Of a DNA stretch of 64,000 nucleotides, positions 22,201 to 30,954 are shown in pieces. Position 1 is the first letter of the stretch. Each line of letters starts with the position of its first letter. Origin of the DNA: an uncultured Bacteroidota bacterium (GTDB taxonomy: Bacteria; Bacteroidota; Bacteroidia; Chitinophagales; Chitinophagaceae); NCBI GenBank assembly GCA_963806275.1, contig CAWDXH010000003.1, forward strand, positions 81,703 to 145,702, read 5' to 3'. Made by a program: the position numbers and the translations under genes. The notes beneath the pieces were generated by a model, which was not told the origin of the DNA, made no database searches, and was given only the letters and a program-made list of their open reading frames with translations.

Positions 22201-23545
22201 AGGCTTGTTGCCTAACACTTCTTATTCCATGACGGTAAAAGCTAAGGATGCTGCAGGCAATGAATCAACCAGTGCGCCGCTATCTGTTACTACCAATGCA
22301 TCCCCGGATACACAGGCACCAACCGTTCCAACAGGCTTAGCAGCTTCTGCTATTACAACATCTTCATTTACTCTTTCCTGGAATGCTTCTACCGATAATG
22401 TAGCAGTGACCGGGTATGATGTTTACAGCAATGGAATAAAAGTAAATTCAGTTCTTGTTACAGGAACTTCATATAATGCCACCGGATTTGCTTCCAGCAC
22501 CACATTTACTATAACTGTCAGGGCCAGGGATGCCGCAGGCAATGAATCGACAAGCAGCCCGCTATCAGTTACTACATTAACACCTCCTCCACCGTCGCCC
22601 ATCCTGACCTTAACTTTATCCGGAGCTAAAACAATTACCAGCCAGTCCAATGTCATTATTGAGAATTTAAGATTTGAAAATATTACTGGTGTAGCCATTA
22701 ATATTTTTAGCAGTAATAATATTACCATCAGGAATTGTTTTATTAACAGGGCAACATTGGAAGCCATCAGTGTTGAAAATTCAAATAATATCATTGTAGA
22801 AAATTGCCTGATTATCGGCGCTGAAGCCGGCGTATATGTTCTCAAATCACAGGTGATCAAGGTGAGGAACAACCAGTTTGTCAATATGAGAATGCGTCCA
22901 AATGAATCGAGGGGACAGTTTGTACAATTTAACGAGGTAACCGGCAGTGGTAATATTATCGAAAATAATAAAGGTGAAAATTTTGCCGGTGAAAGCAATC
23001 CTGAGGATTTGATTTCCTTATATAAAAGTTCAGGTACTTCAGGCAGCGTTCTTACCGTTCGAAATAATATGTTCAGGGGTGGCGGGCCTTCCACATCCGG
23101 AAGTGGAATAGTAGCCGGCGACAATGGAGGCAACTATGTTCTTGTAGATAATAATACCCTTCTTGATCCCGGCCAGGCAGGAATAGCCGTGGCAGGAGGC
23201 AGAAATATAACCGTAAGCAACAATAAAATATACGCCCGGCAACAACCCTGGACCAATAATCCTCTATATGTTTGGAATCAGTCAACCACCACATGCTCAA
23301 ACATAACTGTAAAAACCAACCGGGTCAACTGGACTGATAAAAACGGGGTTTTTAATAATGGCTGGAATGCCGGTAACTGTTCCAATACTTCGTGGGCTTA
23401 CCCTACTACTATCACACTGGCTGAAATGAACGTTCCGGCTCACCTGATCACTTTCGTGACAGAGGCAGAACTATTACAATTGAGGGGTAGCCTGGTACAG
23501 AATAAACAGGCGCAGGGAAATCTTGCTTACCTTTTCAGAAGATAA
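13259..23545 (+). CDS. Giant secreted protein (~3,400 aa): signal peptide, PA14 domain, ~31 tandem FN3 domains, right-handed beta-helix domain; several indels
   Basis: PA14 motifs ([44 protein letters not shown]); FN3 unit DTQAP..P.GL....[24 protein letters not shown]...[19 protein letters not shown]; Asn/Ile-rich beta-helix from ~22600; start TTG 13259 or GTG 13298. Confidence 0.85.
13852..22580 (+). repeat. Intragenic tandem array of ~31 units of ~282 bp (94-aa FN3 domains)
   Basis: The D-T-Q/E-A-P codons recur about every 282 nt from ~13852 to ~22307; central units are near-identical, terminal units diverge. Confidence 0.92.
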
Positions 23546-23585
23546 AATTTTATAGACGACGAAGCAGGTTTAGCAATAAAGACAT

Positions 23586-23618
23586 GGGCGCCGGTCAATA
23601 ATGACCGGCGCCTGTTTA
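23586..23618 (+). terminator. Intrinsic terminator after the giant FN3 gene
   Basis: ggcgccggtca-ataa-tgaccggcgcc perfect stem followed by tgttta. Confidence 0.75.
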
Positions 23619-23703
23619 TGAAAGTAGTTCCGGTCAACAGTTATCTGAAAATAAACATCACCTTGCATACATTTTACTGCACGCCGCTATAAATAAAATA
23701 ATA

Positions 23704-23733
23704 ACCCAACCAAACAGCCATCGGAAGTTATCT
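23704..23733 (+). promoter_or_regulatory. Putative ECF promoter ACCCAACC-N17-TATCT
   Basis: Same elements and spacing as the site upstream of the ECF gene. Confidence 0.6.
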
Positions 23734-23850
23734 ATACAGGTGAGCCCGGCTACTATTTCCTATATACAAATTGACTGTTTCCTGTTTTAAGTTCACAAGA
23801 CTTTTCAACCCTGGAGGACAGTCTATTATTCTACAAAAAATATATAAAAC

Positions 23851-24564
23851 ATGAAACAAACAACATTCATGATGATTGCAATAGCATTTTGTATTATAGC
23901 CTGCAAGAAAGAACCAGCCCGCCACCTGGATAATACATATAAACCGGAAGTAACAAATTCAAAATTTATCCGGAGCCTGAATATCACTAATACATATTTC
24001 CCTGTTACCGCAGGAAAAAAATACATTTATGAAGGACAAACACCTGATGGACTGGAACAGATAGAGGAACAACGATTGACTACTACCAAAACCATATTAG
24101 GAATACCCTGCATCATTGTCAACTTTAAAGCCTTTCTCAACGGAACCCTAATTGAAGAAGCCTGGGACTGGTATGCGCAGGATAATGAGGGTAACGTTTG
24201 GTATTTTGGTGAGGAGGTGAATAATTATAATATAAACGGAAGCCTGAAAGATCATGCTGGCTCATGGCAGGCCGGGCTGGATGGTGCACAACCGGGCATC
24301 ATCATGCCGGCTAATCCTAAAACCGGATTTGCCTATCGTGAAGAATATTATTTCAATCATGCTGAAGACAGGGCAGAGATAACAGGCACCGGTCTTACCG
24401 TTAACATTCCTTTAGGTACCTATAATAATTGCATACAAACCCGCAACTGGACAGAGCTGGAACCGGACCTCAATGAAAACAAATGGTATGCGCCGGGCAT
24501 TGGTCTTATTAAGGAAAAAAATGTATCTGATAATACAGAAATTGTATTAATAGCAATTCAATAA
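23851..24564 (+). CDS. Conserved hypothetical lipoprotein
   Basis: Lipobox IIAC; N.YFP..G..Y.YEG, EEAWDWYAQD.EGNVWYFGE, GSWQAG.DGAQPGIIMPA.P and EPDLNENKWYAPGIGLI motifs of a widespread uncharacterised family. Confidence 0.8.
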   Translation: MKQTTFMMIAIAFCIIACKKEPARHLDNTYKPEVTNSKFIRSLNITNTYFPVTAGKKYIYEGQTPDGLEQIEEQRLTTTKTILGIPCIIVNFKAFLNGTLIEEAWDWYAQDNEGNVWYFGEEVNNYNINGSLKDHAGSWQAGLDGAQPGIIMPANPKTGFAYREEYYFNHAEDRAEITGTGLTVNIPLGTYNNCIQTRNWTELEPDLNENKWYAPGIGLIKEKNVSDNTEIVLIAIQ

Positions 24565-24688
24565 TATCGATCCTTTAAGAGTTCCAAATAATATCCATGC
24601 AGAATTTAGTGCCCGGCATTTTATATTCCTTGAAAGATTGAAGGTTGTAACGATTGCAGAAAGATTTTTAAAATTCTCTTGTAAACGA

Positions 24689-24718
24689 ACCCAACTAAAA
24701 CTACAAAATGTAGTATCT
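24689..24718 (+). promoter_or_regulatory. Putative ECF promoter ACCCAACT-N17-TATCT
   Basis: Third copy of the motif, upstream of the TonB-dependent receptor. Confidence 0.6.
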
Positions 24719-24823
24719 GTTCCAGTGTAAGCATTTATTCCAATTCTGTTTTGCTTCCCCGTACAAAGAGAACTGGCCAATTGTACTGCACCATTACCTG
24801 TTTCAAAAAAGATATTCCCGCTT

Positions 24824-27119
24824 ATGAAGAAGATTTCCATACCATTTTTCCTGTCGTTTTTGTTCTCATTAACTTCTTCATCCCAAAAAATAACCATCAG
24901 CGGCTATGTGAAGGATGAAAGCTCAAGGGAAATATTGGCAGGCGCTTCCATTGTAAACGCAAATAATAAAACGGGGACCACCACGAATCAATATGGTTTT
25001 TTTTCTTTTACGGTTCCTTCAACAGATACCATTGAATTAATTATTACGTACCAGGGATATGAATTGCAGGCAAAAAAAATTATTGCCGGAAAAGATGTAC
25101 AGCTCGAGGTATTGCTAAAAAACATGGGAGGCACGTTGGGAGAAGTAATCGTTTCTGCCTCAAAAAATAACCGCAATGTGCAAAAGGCGCAAATGGGAGT
25201 GATTGATGTTCCAATCAGCGCCATAAAAAATTTACCGGTATTGCTGGGCGAAAGAGATATTATGAAAATTATCCAGTTACTACCCGGCGTTCAGGGTGGC
25301 CAGGAAGGAACAACCGGCTTCTATGTACGGGGTGGTAACCTGGACCAAAACCTGGTTCAGTTAGATGAAGCCACCGTATATAATCCCAATCATCTGTTTG
25401 GACTGTTCAGCACCTTTAATGTAAATGCGGTTAACAATGTACAATTGATAAAAGGGGGTTTTCCGGCAGAGTATGGAGGCCGGCTCAGTTCCATACTTAA
25501 TATAACTATGAAGGAAGGAAATAAATCGGAGTACCAGGTGGAAGGAGGCATCGGCTTACTATCAAATAATCTTACGATTCAGGGACCTCTTAAAAAAACG
25601 AAATCCTCTTTTATTGTTTCTGCAAGAAGAAGCCATATCAACCTCCTGCTACTGGCATATGGTAAACCCAAAGAAAGTATGTCTTATAAATTCTACGATG
25701 TAAATGCCAAGATGAATTTTGAAACCGGGAAAAAAGATCATCTCTTTCTTAGCTTTTTTAAAGGCAATGATAATGCAGCCTATAATAATGCCAACAGTTT
25801 AAATTATACCACTGACTTTGGCAATAGCACCGCCACCCTGCGCTGGAACCATTTGTTTGGAAGCAAAATATTTTCAAACACATCATTTATATACAATGAT
25901 TACGATCTTGGGCTTTCCACTTCTCAGAACAATTATTATTCCCTGCTCTATACGGCTATTAAAGACATCACAGCAAAAACTGATTTTACTTTTACTCCAA
26001 ATACAAAACATAAAATAAAATCAGGATTTTCATTTATACGTCATCGCCTGTCGCCGGCTTCATTCTCCGCTACTATTCCGCGGAATGGTAATAAAATAAA
26101 AATAAATGCGGATAGCATTCATAAACTGAATTCAAATGAAATGGCTTTTTATATAGGTGATGATTGGGATGCATCTGAAAAATTCAGTGTGAATTATGGC
26201 GTAAGAGTTCCCTTTTTTACGGCGTCGGGAAAAACCTATTCATTTATTGAACCCAGGATCACTACTAAATTATCGGTGAGTCCCGTTTCATCTATAAAAG
26301 CATCTTATACCAGGATGAACCAATTTCTACACCTGATACCCAACTCCACTGCAGGGTTACCAACAGATATTTGGATTCCTTCCAGCGATAAAACAAAACC
26401 ACAAGCCTCGACCCAGTATGCCCTGGGCTATTTTCAAAATTTTGAAGACAATGCTATTGAAACCAGCGTAGAGGTCTATTTTAAAAAAATGGATAACCAG
26501 GTTTTATTTGGTGAAGGAAAACAACTGCAGGATAAATGCAGATATAGATAGTTTGATTGTAAAAGGTAAAGGGGAAAGTTATGGAGCCGAATTTTTTGTG
26601 AAAAAAAATACAGGCAAACTAACAGGCTGGATCTCTTATACCTGGTCAAAAACAACCCAGCGGTTCAAAGACCTGAACTTCGGAAATAAATTTCCGTTCC
26701 GCTATGACAGAAGACATGTATTGTCTGTTACAGCGAGTTACCATGTATCAAAAAAGTGGACGCTTAGCTCGGTCTTTGCATTTTCAACAGGCAGTGCTTT
26801 TACCGTTCCGACCGGAAGGATAAGTACACTTAATTCGGGAACTATATTCGAAGGTAATTATTATGTATACGAAGGAAGAAATAATTATCGCCTGGCTTCC
26901 TATCACCGGTTGGATTTTTCTGCTTCAAATAAAAAAACAGTTAAGTTATTTAAGAAACAGTATGAAAGAGAATGGGTTTTCGGAGTGTACAACGCTTACA
27001 GCCGGCAAAATCCCTATTTTATTTATTTCGAGATCGATGCTCTAACCACGCAGCCAAAGGCTAAGCAGGTTTCTTTATTGCCCATTATCCCCGGCATCTC
27101 ATTCAATTTTAAATTTTAG
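24824..27119 (+). CDS. TonB-dependent receptor (CarboxypepD_reg-like N-domain, plug, barrel); frameshift near 26530
   Basis: TISGYVKD...E.L.GA, TNQYGFFS, LPVLLGERD..KIIQLLPGV, VRGG..DQNL..LD and KGGFPAEYGGRLSS motifs; ends PGISFNFKF. Confidence 0.88.
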
Positions 27120-27122
27120 AAA

Positions 27123-28034
27123 ATGAACCGTAATAAAATAATAGGGCTGCTTATTGCTGGCATTATGATTACTGCCTGCAAAAAAGATATAACCATTCAT
27201 TTTCCTGATAAACATAATAGCCTCGTTTTTATTGAAGGAATGTTGTACCCCGGTAAAGTACCCGCCATCAATATAAGTACCAGCAACCCGTTTTTTAGTT
27301 CAAAGATCACACCGCAAGAGGTTTTTGCAAGAGGTTCGGTTGTAAAGATAACCAGTGGTGTAACCGTGGATGTGCTGGAAGCTGATTCAGTATTTAATAA
27401 ATTTCGTTGCCGTTGGGAACCATTTTATCGCGGTCATATTGAAGTAGAATATGGAAAAACATATACGCTTGAAGTAGGCTATGCCGGTAAAGCGTATAAG
27501 GCAACTACAACCATCAATCAAAAAAAAGTGACCATTGAATCTATTGTGTACACAGCTGAATTTTTTGACGTGTATGGCGGCCATGATGGAATGATAATCA
27601 AAATCACGGATAACCCGGGTACCCGTGATTTTTATCGGTTTCAAATGAACAGAATCATTGATAATTCAGTTAAACATGCGCATGTACTGGACGGGTTTGT
27701 GAATACCTGCACGGATGCTAATGAATTATTTCCTGTGACTGACATAGGACGGATTGTTTTTACTGACGAGAATGCGGATGGTCAGAAAATAACCATGTCG
27801 ATTGAGGTTACTTATGAATATGAAAAAGATGATGAAGGCTGGGTATTTATTCAATCGTTGGATAAAAACTCAGCTGAATTTTATAAAGACCTGGACGACC
27901 AGTTGCAGGCCATCTATAATCCTTTTGTTGAACCTGTTTTTATCAATTCAAAAATACCAGGGGCTATAGGAGTTTTTGGATCAGCAGTGTTATCCGATTC
28001 GGTGTTGTTTGTTTACCCAAGGGATCATCCATAA
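27123..28034 (+). CDS. DUF4249 family lipoprotein
   Basis: Lipobox ITAC; LVFIEG.L, YGKTYTLEV, D.PG..DFYR and C-terminal EP..I.S.I.GA.GVFG; usual partner of this receptor class. Confidence 0.75.
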   Translation: MNRNKIIGLLIAGIMITACKKDITIHFPDKHNSLVFIEGMLYPGKVPAINISTSNPFFSSKITPQEVFARGSVVKITSGVTVDVLEADSVFNKFRCRWEPFYRGHIEVEYGKTYTLEVGYAGKAYKATTTINQKKVTIESIVYTAEFFDVYGGHDGMIIKITDNPGTRDFYRFQMNRIIDNSVKHAHVLDGFVNTCTDANELFPVTDIGRIVFTDENADGQKITMSIEVTYEYEKDDEGWVFIQSLDKNSAEFYKDLDDQLQAIYNPFVEPVFINSKIPGAIGVFGSAVLSDSVLFVYPRDHP

Positions 28035-28128
28035 GTAAAAAAGTATAAAACACCGGTTGCATTTTTTGTTTCCTGCCTTATGAGCTACAAGTGCAACTTA
28101 TATCATTTAATTCGGAAAAATCAGTTTT

Positions 28129-28929
28129 ATGAACCCGTATACAAAAACAGCAATAACTGTATCGGCCTGTTGTTTCTTTTATTTTGCCCATGCCCAAACT
28201 GCAGATTCAACTGTAGCGGGAAATGAACCTGCCGTGAGTTTTCAAAGAACACTGGTAAGAGTGCAACCTGAAAAAAAACATTTCCCACTTGCATCGCTGC
28301 TCATCACGGGAAGTTTAATTACATATGGTTTCACTTCCCTTGGCAATGAAGGTTTAAAACATTTGAACAGGGATTTCCAGGAAGATATATGGGCAGATCA
28401 TCCTCATAGACTGGTTGATATTGATAATTATCTCATGCTGGCTCCAGCCATTTCTGTTTATGGACTCAATGCAGTTGGTATTAGAGGAAGAAATAATTTT
28501 AAAGACAGAACCATGATCTTGCTTCTGTCCAATATGATAATGACTACGACCGTTTTTTCTATAAAAAAAATATCCCGTCAATTGCGTCCAGACGGATCTA
28601 ACTATAATTCTTTTCCTTCAGGTCACACAGCTACCGCCTTTTCAGCAGCCGAGTTTTTGTACCAGGAATACAAAGAAATATCTCCGTGGTATGGTGTAGC
28701 GGGTTACGCCATGGCGATGACCACCGGATATTTAAGAATGTATAATAATAAGCATTGGCTTAGTGATGTAGTTTCCGGAGCCGGTATTGGAATTATATCA
28801 GCTAAAATCTCATACTGGCTTTATCCAAAAATCAAGGAAAAATTTATCAGAAATAAAATGCCCGGAACGGTAATCTTGCCCAGCCTTCAAACCCTGTCAC
28901 CCGGCATTGTAATTATTCACCAGTTTTAA
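28129..28929 (+). CDS. PAP2 family phosphatase
   Basis: K......RP, SFPSGHTATAF and RMYNNKHWLSDVV.GAGIG catalytic motifs. Confidence 0.9.
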   Translation: MNPYTKTAITVSACCFFYFAHAQTADSTVAGNEPAVSFQRTLVRVQPEKKHFPLASLLITGSLITYGFTSLGNEGLKHLNRDFQEDIWADHPHRLVDIDNYLMLAPAISVYGLNAVGIRGRNNFKDRTMILLLSNMIMTTTVFSIKKISRQLRPDGSNYNSFPSGHTATAFSAAEFLYQEYKEISPWYGVAGYAMAMTTGYLRMYNNKHWLSDVVSGAGIGIISAKISYWLYPKIKEKFIRNKMPGTVILPSLQTLSPGIVIIHQF

Positions 28930-29030
28930 TTGGAGTTACCTGAACAATTTACTTGGTAGAAATAAAGCTTATATATAATTGATTTCAGGCCTCATTAATC
29001 AGCATGAACCTGAAGGATCTTGCACTTTTT

Positions 29031-29411
29031 TTATTCAATTTCACTCTCCTTTGCTACAATTTCCGTTTTTTCCTTTTTTATATCCAGCCTGATCAGGGAA
29101 TATAGACCCATATAAATATTGGCTATCCAAACCAGGGAAAACCCGGCAATAACATAACCCATCCAATCGGCGTATAATAATTTGAACCCGGTGAGGAATA
29201 AAATCCCGATTGTGATGTAATGGCTGAAACAATATTCGCAGGTGAAAAGATAAAAAAACTTTTTTTTCAGCACTGAGCGACTGTTCCGGCTCACTTTTTT
29301 AAAATATTCCCGCGGTTCTTTAAAAACCTCTTCATGCGTTACAGTCCATGAAATACAGGCAACTGGAATAGCCAAAAGAAAAAGATAAGCTATTTGAAGG
29401 CTGATGGGCAT
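29031..29411 (-). CDS. Small membrane protein with CxxC motif (DUF1360-like)
   Basis: Three hydrophobic segments; E.F..PR and YLFTCEYCFSHY motif. Confidence 0.6.
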   Translation of the reverse strand: MPISLQIAYLFLLAIPVACISWTVTHEEVFKEPREYFKKVSRNSRSVLKKKFFYLFTCEYCFSHYITIGILFLTGFKLLYADWMGYVIAGFSLVWIANIYMGLYSLIRLDIKKEKTEIVAKESEIE

Positions 29412-29530
29412 ATAATTATGAATTTAATGGCTATGGTATAATTGACCAAAAGCAGGCCAACTCTGTTATGTAAAAAAAAGTAAATATAAGTGGCACAATA
29501 TTTTATTCTGGTAAGGATAATCTATTCGTT

Positions 29531-29719
29531 ATGACCACAAAAAAAGACAAGCCAATTACAGGAGAAATGACAGAAAATTCCGGGCATTCAAACCAGGGAT
29601 CCTATCCGGTTAAGAATTATAACACAGATGAAACGAAAAAATATCCAGGACTTGATGCTACGAGGCAATGTGTTACTGACCTTGATGAGGGGGAACTGAT
29701 GCAAAGGCAAAGAGGATGA
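29531..29719 (+). CDS. Hypothetical small hydrophilic protein
   Basis: 62-aa ORF preceded by a TGGCAC-N5-TTTAT element at 29491. Confidence 0.45.
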   Translation: MTTKKDKPITGEMTENSGHSNQGSYPVKNYNTDETKKYPGLDATRQCVTDLDEGELMQRQRG

Positions 29720-29762
29720 AAATTAATCCCTTTTAAATCTAAGATGCTGATAAAATATAATA

Positions 29763-29987
29763 ATGCCTTCCACTGTCGTTTCAGCCATTGAGTATTTTTC
29801 AAAAACTTCCACGCTGCGGATAACTTTTGTTTCAGGAACGATTTACGATTATAAAAAGGTGCCTCAGAAATTATATCATGAACTGAAACAATCCTCATCC
29901 AAAGGGACCTTTCTTAATAAGCATATAAAAGGATTTTACAGTTACAAAAAGATTAACTCATCACATGGTGATGGACCCGTTCTTTAG
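29763..29987 (+). CDS. KTSC domain-containing protein
   Basis: MPSTVV..IEY.....TLRITFVSG.IYDY..VP..LY......SSKGTFLN.HIKG.Y signature. Confidence 0.88.
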   Translation: MPSTVVSAIEYFSKTSTLRITFVSGTIYDYKKVPQKLYHELKQSSSKGTFLNKHIKGFYSYKKINSSHGDGPVL

Positions 29988-30032
29988 AAATTCAGTGCAA
30001 AATGGCAGCATTGTTTAGGATGTTTGAGATGT

Positions 30033-30539
30033 TTAATTTTCTTTCTTTTCCAATATGCGGGAGAAATAGTTGAGAATGGTATATGTATAAAATTCGCGGA
30101 CCTTCACCGGGTCATCTTTGGCAGCTTGTATGATTTCTGAAAGCATGCACTCATCTTTATAGTAAATAGATACGAAAGCAAAAAGGTCTTCTATATCCTT
30201 TTCTGGCATGGGAGCGGCATAGCCGGTAACGCCAATGCCCCAATCGCAGGTAAATAGCTTATTTACATTTTCCGCAAGTTGCTCTGCCACCCGGTCTGAA
30301 ACACAATTGCATGATATGGCATGTATTGGTTCCACATGGAGATGCCGAACCTTTTGATTGATGTTATAGACAGTAATACCTCCCTGGAAAAATTGCGTAG
30401 CATCCTTTGCTGAAGAAAATGCGGATTGAAGATCACCGGATGTTACACTTTCTGCTACGGCAATGGTTTGTCCGTATTTAACCATGTATTTTGAAATGAT
30501 CTCAAGGCTTGATGTATAATCCCATTTTTTATCTTCCAT
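30033..30539 (-). CDS. CinA C-terminal domain / nicotinamide mononucleotide deamidase (PncC-like)
   Basis: TIAVAESVTSG, FFQGGITVYN...K, VS..VA.QLA and WGIGVTGYA motifs. Confidence 0.85.
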   Translation of the reverse strand: MEDKKWDYTSSLEIISKYMVKYGQTIAVAESVTSGDLQSAFSSAKDATQFFQGGITVYNINQKVRHLHVEPIHAISCNCVSDRVAEQLAENVNKLFTCDWGIGVTGYAAPMPEKDIEDLFAFVSIYYKDECMLSEIIQAAKDDPVKVREFYTYTILNYFSRILEKKEN

Positions 30540-30642
30540 TCAAAAATCGTTTATGTGGATTAAATAAATTTTTATGCCACATATTAAATAAGCAGTGAAA
30601 ACCATAATAGAAGGTGCTCTTTGCTTTGAATCTGGCGAATAA

Positions 30643-30906
30643 TTATTTCTTCTTAAAACGAAACGTAAAAAAAATGATGGCGCTATTGACAAGAAAAGAA
30701 AAGGAATTAGTTATAATAATCGGGTAATCTTTTTTTTCTATTCCATACCATACCCAACCGGCCAGCCCGGTTAATAAAATTAAAAGCATAAAATAGGAAA
30801 TATCCTCTGCCTTTTTTTCTTTAATGATTTTGAAAAGTTGCGGAATAAGAGATACTGATGTGCAAATGCCTGCGAAAATTCCGATGAGATAGACCTTATC
30901 TTCCAT
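30643..30906 (-). CDS. SemiSWEET / PQ-loop sugar transporter
   Basis: IG..AG.CT..S.IPQ..K..K.K..EDIS, W..YG and PIIITN motifs; three TM helices. Confidence 0.88.
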   Translation of the reverse strand: MEDKVYLIGIFAGICTSVSLIPQLFKIIKEKKAEDISYFMLLILLTGLAGWVWYGIEKKDYPIIITNSFSFLVNSAIIFFTFRFKKK

Positions 30907-30954
30907 AATTCATATTTTGATTTTTTGTTTATTGATCGTCTATTATTAAGTCAA

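Noticed and set aside
13852-22580. Long regular repeat array considered as a CRISPR array or non-coding satellite
   Set aside because: The unit is ~282 bp, in frame, encodes FN3 domains and has no unique spacers; no cas genes are present
13852-22580. Diversity-generating retroelement or shufflon acting on the repeats
   Set aside because: No reverse transcriptase or recombinase in the window; variation is not visibly adenine-specific and much of it is synonymous
30003-30018. TGGCAG-CATTG-TTTAG as another sigma54-like site
   Set aside because: It points into the 3' end of a convergent gene with no downstream ORF; it also shows that weak matches can arise by chance
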